Origin: Macrostomum lignano
Lineage: Eukaryota
Reading direction: 5' to 3'
NCBI GenBank assembly: GCA_002269645.1
Contig: NIVC01001478.1
Location: 62,001 to 126,000 of the forward strand
DNA: 64,000 bases
Shown here: positions 38,427 through 56,422 of the stretch, in pieces
Layout: every line of letters begins with the position of its first letter
How positions within the stretch are numbered: the first letter of the stretch is position 1
Made by a program: the position numbers and the translations under genes
The notes under the pieces: generated by a model
Told to the model about the DNA's origin: nothing
The model's database searches: none
Seen by the model: the letters and a program-made list of their open reading frames with translations, nothing else

Positions 38427-38984
38427 ATATTGGATTGCTAATCTAGCATAAATTATAGACTGGAGTGCTAATCTATATCACATGTTTTGAGTTTAAAACA
38501 CTTGGCATTTTCGCTGTTCGCCATCGGATCTGGTTGGGCAACTCATGCGATCGATTTCTGTCAAAGAATCAGTCCTGCCCAATCCATTAGTATAATTGGG
38601 ATGGATGAGCTGTGAAAAATCTGTCGCAGAGCCCCCAGCTGCAGGGGAATTTTCAACTGCGGCTTCCCAGCCTCGCCATGCGGTAATTTAAACGACAATT
38701 ATTGACAATTTTTCTCCCAATTCATCCCCACCGCGAGAGTGACAATTTTGAGTTTCAAAAACCCTTTCCAGTGGGATCCCGCCACCAACAGCTGCTCAGG
38801 AATCTGCTTTTATGACCGGAAGCGGCTCTGACAAACTTTGCTGTCGCCGGATGCGGCTTGCCTGCTTCTAAAAATGATTGAGCAGCGCTGAGTCTTATTC
38901 GTCGCTTCACAGAGCTCAGAAAATGGTTTAGCACTTGCTGCTTTAGGAATATGTGTATAGGGATTCCTGTCCGTGACAATGTAC

Positions 38985-40640
38985 ACTAGAGTCCGACCTG
39001 ATACAATGTACATTGGATTCCAACCCGAGACAATGTACATTGGATTTTTTACCCAAGACAATGTACATTAGATTCCAACCCGAGACAATGTACATTAGAT
39101 TCCAGCACGAGACAATGTACATTGGATTCCAACCCGAGACAATGTACATTGGATTCCAACCCGAGACAATGTACATTAGATTCCAACCCGATACAATGTA
39201 CATTAGATTCCAACCCGAGACAATGTACATTAGATTCCAACCCGAGACAATGTACATTGGATTCCAACCCGAGACAATGTACATTAGATTCCAGCACGAG
39301 ACAATGTACATTGGATTCCAACCCGAGACAATGTACATTGGATTCCAACCCGAGACAATGTACATTGGATTCCAACCCGAGACAATGTACATTGGATTCC
39401 AACCCGAGACAATGTACATTAGATTCCAGCACGAGATAATGTACATTAGATTCCAACCCGAGACAATGTACATTGGATTCCAACCCGAGACAATGTACAT
39501 TAGATTCCAACCCGAGACAATGTACATTAGATTCCAACCCGAGACAATGTACATTAGATTCTAACCCGAGACAATGTACATTAGATTCCAACACGAGACA
39601 ATGTAAATTAGATTCCAACCCGGGACAATGTACATTGGATTCCAACCCGAGACAATGTACATTAGATTCCAACCCGAGACAATGTACATTGGATTCCAAC
39701 ACGAGACAATGTACATTAGATTCCAACACGAGACAATGTAAATTAGATTCCAGCACGAGATAATGTACATTAGATTCCAACCCGAGACAATGTACATTAG
39801 ATTCCAACACGAGACAATGTAAATTAGATTCCAACCCGAGACAATGTACATTGGATTCCAACCCGAGACAATGTACATTAGATTCTAACCCGAGACAATG
39901 TAAATTAGATTCCAACACGAGACAATGTAAATTAGATTCCAGCACGAGACAATGTACATTAGATTCCAACCCGAGACAATGTACATTAGATTCCAACCCG
40001 AGACAATGTACATTAGATTCCAACCCGAGATAATGTACATTTAGATTCCAACCCGAGACAATGTACATTAGATTCCAACCCGAGACAATGTACATTAGAT
40101 TCCAGCACGAGACAATGTACATTAGATTCTAACCCGAGACAATGTACATTAGATTCCAACACGAGACAATGTAAATTAGATTCCAACCCGGGACAATGTA
40201 CATTGGATTCCAACCCGAGACAATGTACATTAGATTCCAACCCGAGACAATGTACATTGGATTCCAACACGAGACAATGTACATTAGATTCCAACACGAG
40301 ACAATGTAAATTAGATTCCAGCACGAGATAATGTACATTAGATTCCAACCCGAGACAATGTACATTAGATTCCAACACGAGACAATGTAAATTAGATTCC
40401 AACCCGAGACAATGTACATTGGATTCCAACCCGAGACAATGTACATTAGATTCTAACCCGAGACAATGTAAATTAGATTCCAACACGAGACAATGTAAAT
40501 TAGATTCCAGCACGAGACAATGTACATTAGATTCCAACCCGAGACAATGTACATTAGATTCCAACCCGAGACAATGTACATTAGATTCCAACCCGAGATA
40601 ATGTACATTTAGATTCCAACACGAGACAATGTACATTAGA
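38985..40640. repeat. 27-bp minisatellite (GACAATGTACATTAGATTCCAACCCGA)
   Basis: Directly visible; includes a 568-bp internal duplication (identical ORFs 39561-39878 and 40129-40446). Confidence 0.97.
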
Positions 40641-40952
40641 TTTCAGTCCATGACGATGCACATTAGAATCCATCCGAGACAATGTACATTAGATTTCAGT
40701 CCATGACGATGCACATTAGAGTCCACCCGAGACAATGTACATTAGATTTCAGTCCATGACGATGCACATTAGAGTCCACCCGAGACAATGTACATTAGAT
40801 TTCAGTCCATGACGATGCACATTAGAGTCCATCCGAGACAGTGTACATTAGATTTCAGTCCATGACGATGCACATTAGAGTCCATCCGAGACAATGTACA
40901 TTAGATTTCAGTCCATGACGATGCACATTAGAGTCCACCCGAGACAATGTAC
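40625..40952. repeat. 53-bp dimeric derivative of the 27-bp minisatellite
   Basis: GACAATGTACATTAGATTTCAGTCCAT-GACGATGCACATTAGAGTCCACCCGA; period 53 (AATGTAC at 40681 and 40734). Confidence 0.9.
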
Positions 40953-41547
40953 GAGCATATATATTCAACTGCAGCAAAATTTAGGCAGAAAGTTTTTTTA
41001 CGCAATTTCCAAAACTGAAGAAAATTCCAGATAGATAAATTAATGCTATTCTTACAAGCGTAGCTCTGAGACTCACTCTTCAGCCCCTGATAAAATGCCT
41101 CCCGGGTGCTATGTCCTCCTTGAGGCTTCTTTGCATATGCATGAGTTGAATCAGACAGCTTGGAAAGACCATAACGGCATTATGGATATTGCAGCTTAGT
41201 GATAGTTGGCATGTAAGCCGCAAATCTGCTGCCAAAATTACATTGTCAGCCGTCCACCAGCAGCCATTGGTTGATGCTCCTTGCTAGAACTACAATCTCT
41301 CTCTCTCTGCTTGTTTTCCCACTGTTTATATTCCCCTGCACCAGCAGGCGCCCGCCTGAACTTTATTCCCCAGTCAACCCAATCGCTGGCCAACTTTTTG
41401 GCTGAAGGCTGTCGGCACTGGCGCCCTGATAACACAGAGGACCTTTCCAAAACGTTTATATTTCCCATATTTTAACTTGGTGCCTGCTTTGAAAAAATAA
41501 ACTTTAGAAGTCATCGAGCTTCCAGAATCTGCGGGAGACACGCAGAA

Positions 41548-43614
41548 ATGGCTACTGCATCGCAAGCGCCGAGAACCAAGCAAGAGCAGCAACAGCAGCA
41601 GCAGCGGCGGGAGCAGGAGCGCAGAAACACCCTGCGGTTTATAATTAACGAGTTCAATGACTACGGGCACCGGACTACAGTGCACGGCCTAGGCCACATG
41701 TACCAGTCAACCGACACCCGCAGGAAGCTGTTCTGGCTCTGCATCACCCTAGTCAGCTGCGGAGCCTGCGCCGTTCACATCTACTTCATCGTGGCCAACT
41801 ACATGGAGACACCGGTGAACTCCGTCATCTTGCAGGGCCGCATCCGGCAGGAGTTTCCGGACGTGACTTTCTGTAACATGTACCCGATCTCCGAGTCGGT
41901 GCAGTACCACGCAGCCAAGGAGATCCACGGGCACATCAGCAACCGATGGAAATACTTCAGCGGCTTCATTCGGGCTGGCAATTTCTCCGCCAATGACAAA
42001 GTTGGCCGACTGAAAGTGGCCAGGACCTTCATGCAGATCTTCTGGGCCTCGGAGGACACCAGGGACCTGGCTCATGATGACGATCTGTTTATAGTGCAGT
42101 GCAGCTACAAGAACCGACAATGCTCCAACAAGCAGTTCAAGATGGTGCAGAACCTGCGCTACTGGAATTGCTACACATTTGCGCCAAAATTCGATGGAGG
42201 CCACGAGGACCGGCAGGTCTACTCCAGTAACGAAGACGAAGGCCTGAGCCTGATTCTCTACACGAATTCGCACCTGCGCAATGTGCATCCCAAGAACGGC
42301 CTCACCACGATTCGAGACGTTTACTACGACTACGAGGACGAAATCCTGAACCACCTGGGCGACCAGTCCAACTTCCTGGAGCGCTACCTGGAGAATTACA
42401 ATCTGTCGCTCAATCAGCTGCTGGCCGGAGACAAGCTGGAGCCGGACGGCATGCGGGTGATCCTGCACGAGAAGGACACCTACCCGCACATGGACATGAA
42501 CAGCGTCATTGTTGGCAATGGCGACTTCTCTAATATCAACTTCTACATGGAGCGGAAGCTGTCTAAGAACCGACCGGAGCACCCCTGCCGGGTGGAGACC
42601 AGCGGCACGGAGGACCGGATGGAGTACATGGCGTACTATCCTGGCAGCAACATCCGCTATCCGGGACCCAGGCCGCCGCCAAACTTCAAGAAGTTCAAAC
42701 GAGCCCGCCTAGACTACATAGTGGATAAGAGCCAGGCCTTGTTCTGGTCGGCCTGCCATTGCTACACTCACATAATGCCGTTTCAGTGCTTCAACACCGA
42801 GCTGTGCTATCACTGCCGCGACGGGACCGACCCGGCCGAGATCGAGCGCACACTGAGGCACATCTGGTGTCACGACCGGGTCTACGAGCACCGACTGAAG
42901 CACAAGATCTTCGACTACTTCCGCGATTCGCAGAACTTCCAGCCGTGCAGCGTGAACAACTACAACGTGAAGATGGGCAGCTCGGCTTGGCCTAGCCAGA
43001 GGGACATCCAGTTCCTCATCAACCAGTACGTGCTTCCCGCATTCCAGAAGGAGACAGTCGGCGCCAGGAGCTACAACCACATCCTGAAGAACACCAGCGT
43101 GGCGCCAATTCACGACATCATCAGTCAGGAGAGCTCCGGCCACGGCGTCAACTGGACAGCTGCGGAGTTCCTGGTGCGCAAGAACTTCCTGAAGGTGGCC
43201 ATCCACGCCGACAGTCCCACTGGCACGCTGCACGAGGAGGTCGAAAGCTACTCGTTCGCCGAGGCCTTGTCGGAGATCGGCGGGATTTTCGGCCTGTACG
43301 CGGGCGTGTCAATTCTGTCCTTCTTTGAGTTTGTGGAGCTCGTCTACCTGATGAGCACCAAGCCGAAGGAGGCGAGGCCGCTGCGGTGTCAGCAGCACCA
43401 GTTGCCGGGCTCCTTGGACCGGCGCAGGTCGCCGCTGCGGCCTTCGTCTTCTTCAATGATGCACGCAGCGGCCTCGATTTTTCTAAAGGAGGCGGCCGAG
43501 TCGGGCGAACTCGCGCCGGATGAGCTGGACGGCTGCCGACACCTGTTGGGGCTTCCCGCTGCTGACGCGCCAGCTGCTGCTGCCGACGCCCAGGAGGCAG
43601 CGACGTTGGCCTAG
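41548..43614 (+). CDS. DEG/ENaC (amiloride-sensitive sodium channel superfamily) subunit, 688 aa, no intron in the CDS
   Basis: Pre-TM1 RTTVHGL (HG motif), TM1, FPDVTFCN, QCSY...C, YWNCYTF, GLSLIL, GMRVILH, Cys-rich thumb, TM2 ALSEIGGIFGLYAGVSILSFFEFVE with a GxS filter (GVS). Confidence 0.93.
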   Translation: MATASQAPRTKQEQQQQQQRREQERRNTLRFIINEFNDYGHRTTVHGLGHMYQSTDTRRKLFWLCITLVSCGACAVHIYFIVANYMETPVNSVILQGRIRQEFPDVTFCNMYPISESVQYHAAKEIHGHISNRWKYFSGFIRAGNFSANDKVGRLKVARTFMQIFWASEDTRDLAHDDDLFIVQCSYKNRQCSNKQFKMVQNLRYWNCYTFAPKFDGGHEDRQVYSSNEDEGLSLILYTNSHLRNVHPKNGLTTIRDVYYDYEDEILNHLGDQSNFLERYLENYNLSLNQLLAGDKLEPDGMRVILHEKDTYPHMDMNSVIVGNGDFSNINFYMERKLSKNRPEHPCRVETSGTEDRMEYMAYYPGSNIRYPGPRPPPNFKKFKRARLDYIVDKSQALFWSACHCYTHIMPFQCFNTELCYHCRDGTDPAEIERTLRHIWCHDRVYEHRLKHKIFDYFRDSQNFQPCSVNNYNVKMGSSAWPSQRDIQFLINQYVLPAFQKETVGARSYNHILKNTSVAPIHDIISQESSGHGVNWTAAEFLVRKNFLKVAIHADSPTGTLHEEVESYSFAEALSEIGGIFGLYAGVSILSFFEFVELVYLMSTKPKEARPLRCQQHQLPGSLDRRRSPLRPSSSSMMHAAASIFLKEAAESGELAPDELDGCRHLLGLPAADAPAAAADAQEAATLA

Positions 43615-43664
43615 CGTTTCCCGTTAGCTCGGCCTGGTAAAGTGAACAGTGTGATTAGTGATTA

Positions 43665-44420
43665 GACATTGTCCAGCTGGATGTGTGTTGGCTGACAATT
43701 TTGCTTCCATGTACATTGTCCAGCTGGATGTGTGTTGGCTGACAATGTTGCTTCCATGTACATTGTCCAGCTGGATGTGTGTTGGCTGACAATGTTGCTT
43801 CCATGTACATTGTCCAGCTGGATGTGTGTTGGCTGACAATGTTGCTTCCATGTACATTGTCCAGCTGGACTCCTGGATGTGTGTTGGCTGACAATTTTGC
43901 TTCCATGTACATTGTCCAGCTGGATGTGTGTTGGCTGACAATTTTGCTTCCATGTACATTGTCCAGCTGGATGTGTGTTGGCTGACAATTTTGCTTCCAT
44001 GTACATTGTCCAGCTGGATGTGTGTTAGCTGACAATTTTGCTTCCATGTACATTGTCCAGCTGGATGTGTGTTAGCTGACAATTTTGCTTCCATGTACAT
44101 TGTCCAGCTGGATGTGTGTTGGCTGACAATGTTGCTTCCATTTACATTGTCCAGCTGGATGTGTGTTGGCTGACAATGTTGCTTCCATGTACATTGTCCA
44201 GCTGGATGTGTGTTGGCTGACAATGTTGCTTCCATGTACATTGTCCAGCTGGATGTGTGTTGGCTGACAATTTTGCTTCCATGTACATTGTCCAGCTGGA
44301 TGTGTGTTGGCTGACAATGTTGCTTCCATTTACATTGTCCAGCTGGATGTGTGTTGGCTGACAATGTTGCTTCCATGTACATTGTCCAGCTGGACTCCTG
44401 GATGAGTGTTGGCTGACATT
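43665..44420. repeat. 47-bp minisatellite (CCAGCTGGATGTGTGTTGGCTGACAATGTTGCTTCCATGTACATTGT) just after the channel stop codon
   Basis: Period 47 (CCAGCTGG at 43673 and 43720). Confidence 0.96.
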
Positions 44421-45287
44421 TTTGCTATCGTTCATTTTTTAACTGGCAACCAACTATTTAGACTCTTTTCGGAGCCCATTCTATTTGTTCTCTGAATACG
44501 AGAATTCGTAGTTTAACTGTGTCCATTTCATCTGTTCTTAGAATTCATTGCATCAATTGTGGGTCGTATCAATCTGAGACAGTTTCGTTTAAAAATGCGT
44601 TAAAAATACGATGAGGCGATGGACACAAAGCTGGAATTTTGGTGAACTTCGCGATGCGATTTCAGCTGCGCCAACCAAAATGATGGTTTTTCGCACCTGA
44701 AATTCCTAGTACGAGTAGGCTCACCAATATATTTGGTATGTGATCTAACTCCCAGCAGCACTGCAGGGTGGACCCTCGGTACCTTTACTGCTTGAAACGA
44801 GCCTAAAAACATTTTTTAAGCGAATCCAACACCAACTGTAAAAATTCATGCCCAACTCCTAAGCCAAGCGTCCTAGCGCGCGTCAAAAACTGCATGCATA
44901 ACTTCGATCATTTTGATAGTCTATTTAAGCTCGTAAGTACTTTCTAAAAGCCCAAACATCGTTTTTTTCTGTTTCAGTTGTAGAAATTTGCAGCGCAGAG
45001 TTCCCGCGTTCGCGAATGCGTAACTTTTTTCTAGGAAATGCGAAAAATATTCCAGCACTGGATAGAATCTGTTCACATGGTGGACGCCAATTATTGCTTT
45101 GATTCACTGTCTCTGTGCAGAAGCAAATTCTGAACCTTTCTCATCTATTCAATGCGACCGAACTGCACTACTGTAATCTGAGCAACAAGATATTTTCTTT
45201 ACGATGAGCAAGGACTCATAATTTGGCGAAGTATGTTGTGCCATTAATTTTTTGTTTTCTTAATCAATTGTTATCACTCTGACCCTT

Positions 45288-46278
45288 CCATTTCTCTCTA
45301 TCCTTCCCATTGTCTCTCTCTATCCTTCCCATTGTCTCCCTCTATCCTTCCCATTGTCTCCCTCTATACTTCCCATTGTCTCCCTCTATCCTTCCCATTG
45401 TCTCTCTCTATCCTTCCCATTGTCTCCCTCTATACTTCCCATTGTCTCCCTCTATCCTTCCCATTGTCTCCCTCTATACTTCCCATTGTCTCTCTCTATC
45501 CTTCCCATTGTCTCTCTCCATCCTTCCCATTGTCTCTCTCTATACTTCCCATTGTCTCTATACTTCCCATTGTCTCTATACTTCCCATTGTCTCTCTCTA
45601 TCCTTCCCATTGTCTCCCTCTATACTTCCCATTGTCTCTCTCTATCCTTCCCATTGTCTCCCTCTATCCTTCCCATTGTCTCCCTCTATCCTTCTCATTG
45701 TCTCCCTCTATCTTTCCCATTGTCTCTATACTTCCCATTGTCTCCCTCTATCCTTCCCATTGTCTCCCTCTATACTTCCCATTGTCTCTCTCTATCCTTC
45801 CCATTGTCTCTCTCTATCCTTCCCATTGTCTCCCTCTATACTTCCCATTGTCTCCCTCTATACTTCCCATTGTCTCTCTCTCTATTCTTCCCATTGTCTC
45901 TCTCTCTATTCTCCCCATTGTCTCCCTCTATCCTTCCCATTGTCTCCCTCTATACTTCCCATTGTCTCCCTCTATACTTCCCATTGTCTCTCTCTATCCT
46001 TCCCATTGTCTCTCTCTATCCTTCCCATTGTCTCTCTCTATCCTTCCCATTGTCTCTCTCTATCCTTCCCATTGTCTCCCTCTATACTTCCCATTGTCAC
46101 CCTCTATCCTTCCCATTGTCTCCCTCTATACTTCCCATTGTCTCTCTCTCTCTATTGTCTCTCTCTATCCTTCCCATTGTCTCCCTCTATACTTCCCATT
46201 GTCTCCCTCTATACTTCCCATTGTCTCTCTCCATCCTTCCCGTTGTCTTTCTATATCCATCCCATTGTCTCTCTATCC
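45288..46278. repeat. ~22-bp pyrimidine-rich minisatellite (TATCCTTCCCATTGTCTCCCTC)
   Basis: Directly visible; strong strand purine/pyrimidine asymmetry. Confidence 0.96.
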
Positions 46279-47506
46279 TCTTGTTGTAACCCGGGTCGGT
46301 TTGGGTGCCCAGTCCCGAGTACAATATATATTATACGTAATATACACGCGTAGTGACGCTCTGTCTGTACTTTTATGGATACGAGCAGGCGTGACGACGC
46401 TCTGCAATAATAGTTCGATCTCTCTGGTGTTGTGACACTCAGAGTTCACGCTGCGGCTTGAGGTGTGGTGACACTCTCGAGTGCTTTTAGTCTCGATACT
46501 GTAGGTTGTACATACTATATAGAGTAGCCGGTACAGTACTACAATAAGCTATATGCTCTCCCGGCGTTATGACGCTCTGGCAAGAAGAACCCCCTGCAGC
46601 CTAACAAGCTCCCCAGAAAAGAATGAACTCAAGCAGCAGGCGGCTTACCAGTGGCCAAATTGCCGTTCGTATGTTTATTGCTCGTAGGTCTCAAGCGCAG
46701 GTTCGCACGTTTGTTGATTGGCTCGTAGGTCTCAAGCGCGGCTTCTAATTTCTTCTCAATTCTCAAAGACTCTTTTCAAAGACTGACTTCTCAACTGGGC
46801 TCTGTTATCGTAGGTAGCTAATGTCGCTGTTTCTTACTCAAGTCAAGTCTCGCGCTTGCTGTCTCGGAGCACACCAAAACACAAAAAGCACACAGGGAGT
46901 GGGCAAGACCCAGAGCCGCACCATAAATAACACACAAACCCTGGGGCAGACGGCCCCACCGGCTAAGCCCAACAAAACAAACAAACTACCCAAAAAAATA
47001 GACTGGCCGCGCCGGCCAGCCAATCAAAACCCCGCCTAGGGGGGAGGGGCTGCACCCGCGCCAAAGCTGGCCCGGCCGCAGCCAACCAGCACTGAGCACG
47101 GGGTAGGGGCACGGCTGGGGAGGGGCACGCACAAAGCCCGGCCGGCGGCCAGACCCTGCCACGCCCGCCAACCCCCCCCCCAGCCAGCCCCAAAGTGCAA
47201 CGCGCCCTGCCAACCGACAAGGGCGCATGCAGTACACTCTCAATGCCATTTTGCTTGAACTTGAAGAACTTGAGAAACACATGCAATGTAAAATCGCTGA
47301 GAATGTACACGCCTAAATTTAGCACTGCTGTTATCAAACAGAGCACTCTCTACACGTATTTATATTTAAATAAAAATGTTTGTCTTCCCGAATATGTCTA
47401 TGGAACAAGAAGCTCTTAGAATACGTTTTTAAATGAAAAGAGCATGATCGAACATCCCGAGTCCATTGGCGCACTGCACATTGGACAAGCAAAGCCCTCA
47501 TGAGCC

Positions 47507-53491
<5,985 letters not shown>

Positions 53492-53804
53492 ACTTTTCAC
53501 CAATGGTATAATTAATAATACAGCAATTTTGTTATATTTATAACTCGTTTAATCTAACGAAAACTCTTTGCGCCAACCTCTTGTGTTAAATTGATTTTCA
53601 GTCAGAATCGGAGCTCACAACGGGAACGAAATTAAATTTTGTTTACTTTTTGTTTTTAAACAGTACTGTATGTCCAACTCGTAATACATGATTGGCGATA
53701 TTTTTGCACAACTACTAAATAAAATAGCTGTTATGTTGGCGGAAAAACCTGCTTGAGCCTTATTTAAAGTTTCTTTTACTCTTTTGTTTGTTTAATCACA
53801 GTTT

Positions 53805-54140
53805 TGGAAATCTCAGAACCAAAGTGTCGTTTGGATCCAACAGTTTCTAAGAAAACTCTCAGACCCCAAAGTGCCGTTTGGATCCAACAGTTTCTAAGAA
53901 AACTGAATCTCCGAAGTGCCAGTTGGCATCCAACAGTTTCTAAGAAAACTCTCAGAACCCAAAGTGCCAGTTGGCATCCAACAGTTTCTAAGAAAACTCT
54001 CAGAGCCCAAAGTGCCAGTTGGCATCCAACAGTTTCTAAGAAAACTCTCAGACCCCAAAGTGCCATTTGGCATCCAACAGTTTCTAAGAAAACTCTCAGA
54101 CCCCAAAGTGCCAGTTGGCAGCAATCAGCTTCTAAGAAAA
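53805..54140. repeat. 48-bp minisatellite
   Basis: TTGGCATCCAACAGTTTCTAAGAAAACTCTCAGA..CCAAAGTGCCAG units; 16-aa periodic ORFs. Confidence 0.92.
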
Positions 54141-54764
54141 CTGTAAATTTCTGGTTCAAGTCTAAATAAACTGTCAAAGACGAAAAAAGCACTTTACTTT
54201 TACGAACCTGTTAAGCCAAGCAAATGAACTATTAGCCCCCCCATCAGCTTTAATTTGTTATAACGTAACTAGTTGGAACTTGCTTGAAATTGGAACTGCA
54301 GGAGGGCCCCACGGGGGTAGGTTTAGAGAGAAGCAGAGCAACAGTGGCCATCCTAGACTGCACTGTGCACTAACCCTTGCTGCCCGAAGCTGTCAGTCAA
54401 GCCATCCGCGTCATTGCGCAAAGTTTATGATGGTGCTAAAAGTGCACTTGGCTTAGCTAGCCATGCAACTTAACTGGCTCTTACTCGTAGTTCCACTGGC
54501 TGCTGCTGCTGCCAAAACTGACATTTGCTCCACGGGGGGATTTTTCTGCGAAATGTAAAATCTATGAAGAAGTAAGTGACTCGAATGGGGGAGCAAAATT
54601 ATTGTACATGTAAGAATATGATGACCATTTCAGGTTAATACGAGGCTTAACAACGGAGATCGATTGTAGGTTGTGTGGTGCTCCTGTCCTGTTCTAGTAA
54701 AGTTTTAAGCGTATTGTAGTCGTGGATTAACGTTTATGGTATACAGGTTCTTAGGTTTTTTCAG

Positions 54765-55182
54765 GGTTCCGAGGTGGTCGATAGGAGTCCCAGGTATTTA
54801 TCTGGTCTCCGAGGTGGTCGATAGGGGTCCCAGGTATTTATCTGGTCTCCGAGGTGGTCGATAGGGGTCTTAGGTGTTTATCTGGGTTCCGAGGTGGTAG
54901 ATTGAGGTCCTAGGTGTTTATCTGGGTTCCGAGGTGGTCGATTGGGGTCCCAGGTGTTTATCTGGGTTCTGAGATAGTAGATTGGGGTCCTAGGTGTTTA
55001 TCTGGGTTCCGAGGTGGTAGATTGGGGTCCCAGGTGTTTATCTGGGTTCCGAGGTGGTCGGTAGGGGTCCCAGGTGTTTATCTGGGTTTCGAGGTGGTAG
55101 ATTGGGGTCCCAGGTGTTTATCTGGGTTCCGAGGTGGTAGATTGGGGTCCCAGGTGTTTATCTGGGTTCTGAGGTGGTCGGA
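54765..55182. repeat. 40-bp minisatellite
   Basis: GGGTTCCGAGGTGGTCGATTGGGGTCCCAGGTGTTTATCT units. Confidence 0.93.
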
Positions 55183-55438
55183 TTAAAAGTGGATTAAAAT
55201 CATGGTGCGGTCACAAGAATTCAGGAAGTCAAGAAATTATAAGTGACGGTCAACTGAGAGGTCAAGTAGGTAGATTCCTCCGAGTGAGGCGGGCTTAAAG
55301 ATATCCAGGTTGATGTAAATGCTCCAAAAAAGAAGCCAAAAGGCAAACGACATGGCGAACGGACATAGCAGTCGCTGCGGTTCCAGCAAAAATGACAAAA
55401 AGCTCATTAAGATGAAGAGTCCATTGAGCTCGCTGAGG

Positions 55439-56422
55439 TCACTCGAACTCCAGCTCCAGCCCGGTGCCGGCCATCTCAGCCTGGTAGATCCGGTCGAACT
55501 GTTCGCTCTGGCTGACGGTGAAGAACCGCTTCCAGTCTCCCACCTTGCCGCTGCGCATGAAGCTGAACGAGTCCAGCATGCCCGGCACCCCGCTGTAGTT
55601 GGTCGCCGGGTTTTCCTTCATCGCGTCGAAGCTCAGCGCATTGGCCAGCCGTTTGACGTCGTCCTGACCGACTTCAACGCCCAGAAATTCGGCCACCCGG
55701 GGAATTTCTAGGGCCGGCCGGCGCACCAGGTCCTCGAACTTGACCAGCAGCAAGTCCGGCCGGTCGCGCTGCGCCCACCAGGCCTTGGCCACGCGGAACC
55801 AGTCCCCGGCCACGATCCAGCCGTCCATCCACATGTCGAAGAAGCTGGAGAAATCCCACGGCCAGGGCCCGTAGTCCACGACGCCCTTGTAGAAGTGATA
55901 ATATGACACCAGGACGTCCTTGGGATTGCGCAGGACGTAGATTGTCTTGAAGCCGGGGCCCGGGGCTGCCTCGATGCGCGGCCCGATGATGTGGTAGGGC
56001 AGGTGCGTCTTGATGATGCGCGGCCGCGGCATCTCGGGCAGGTACTGCATGGGGTAGCAGCCCTCGGGGTGGCCGGGAAACTGCGAAGTCCAATTCTCCT
56101 CGAGGAACGGGACTCGTTCGAACACGCGGCTGGCCTTGGCGCCGGCGAAGTCCAGGTTGTGACGCAGCAGCCAGGCGAGCTCCTGCATCAGCGTGGTGCC
56201 GCTCTTCGGGAATGTCGCGATGAGCAGGTCGTCGGGCAGGAATTCGAACTCCTGCTCGACCAGCTCGATGTTGCGTCGTGTGGTCCAGTGCACGAAGAGG
56301 ACGTCTTTGTAGACGAACTCGTTCATCATCTTCGGATACTTCGGATTGAGCTGGCTCATCTCCACGGGAGCCGCCTTGGTGTCCACGGCGTCTGTCTTGG
56401 AGTCCTCGGTTGTCTTCTGCAT
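55439..56422 (-). CDS. Cytosolic sulfotransferase (Sulfotransfer_1 / SULT family), single coding exon
   Basis: 5'-PSB loop ATFPKSGTT, catalytic His in KTHLP, 3'-PB motif YVLRNPKDVLVSYYHF, C-terminal FMRSGKVGDWK. First ATG at 56422; the frame stays open to 56485. Confidence 0.95.
   Translation of the reverse strand: MQKTTEDSKTDAVDTKAAPVEMSQLNPKYPKMMNEFVYKDVLFVHWTTRRNIELVEQEFEFLPDDLLIATFPKSGTTLMQELAWLLRHNLDFAGAKASRVFERVPFLEENWTSQFPGHPEGCYPMQYLPEMPRPRIIKTHLPYHIIGPRIEAAPGPGFKTIYVLRNPKDVLVSYYHFYKGVVDYGPWPWDFSSFFDMWMDGWIVAGDWFRVAKAWWAQRDRPDLLLVKFEDLVRRPALEIPRVAEFLGVEVGQDDVKRLANALSFDAMKENPATNYSGVPGMLDSFSFMRSGKVGDWKRFFTVSQSEQFDRIYQAEMAGTGLELEFE

Noticed and set aside
38943-40636. Long periodic ORFs
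   Set aside because: Translations of the 27-bp satellite.
41749-43456. Antisense ORFs over the channel (and similar ones over the kelch, SULT and transporter genes)
   Set aside because: Shadow ORFs from GC-rich codon usage; no motifs.
45310-46435. Three 311-367-aa hydrophobic ORFs
   Set aside because: Pyrimidine-rich minisatellite lacking stops in all plus frames.
46282-46440. Possible solo LTR starting TGTAAC and ending TGACA
   Set aside because: No matching TSD and no second copy or internal domain in the window.
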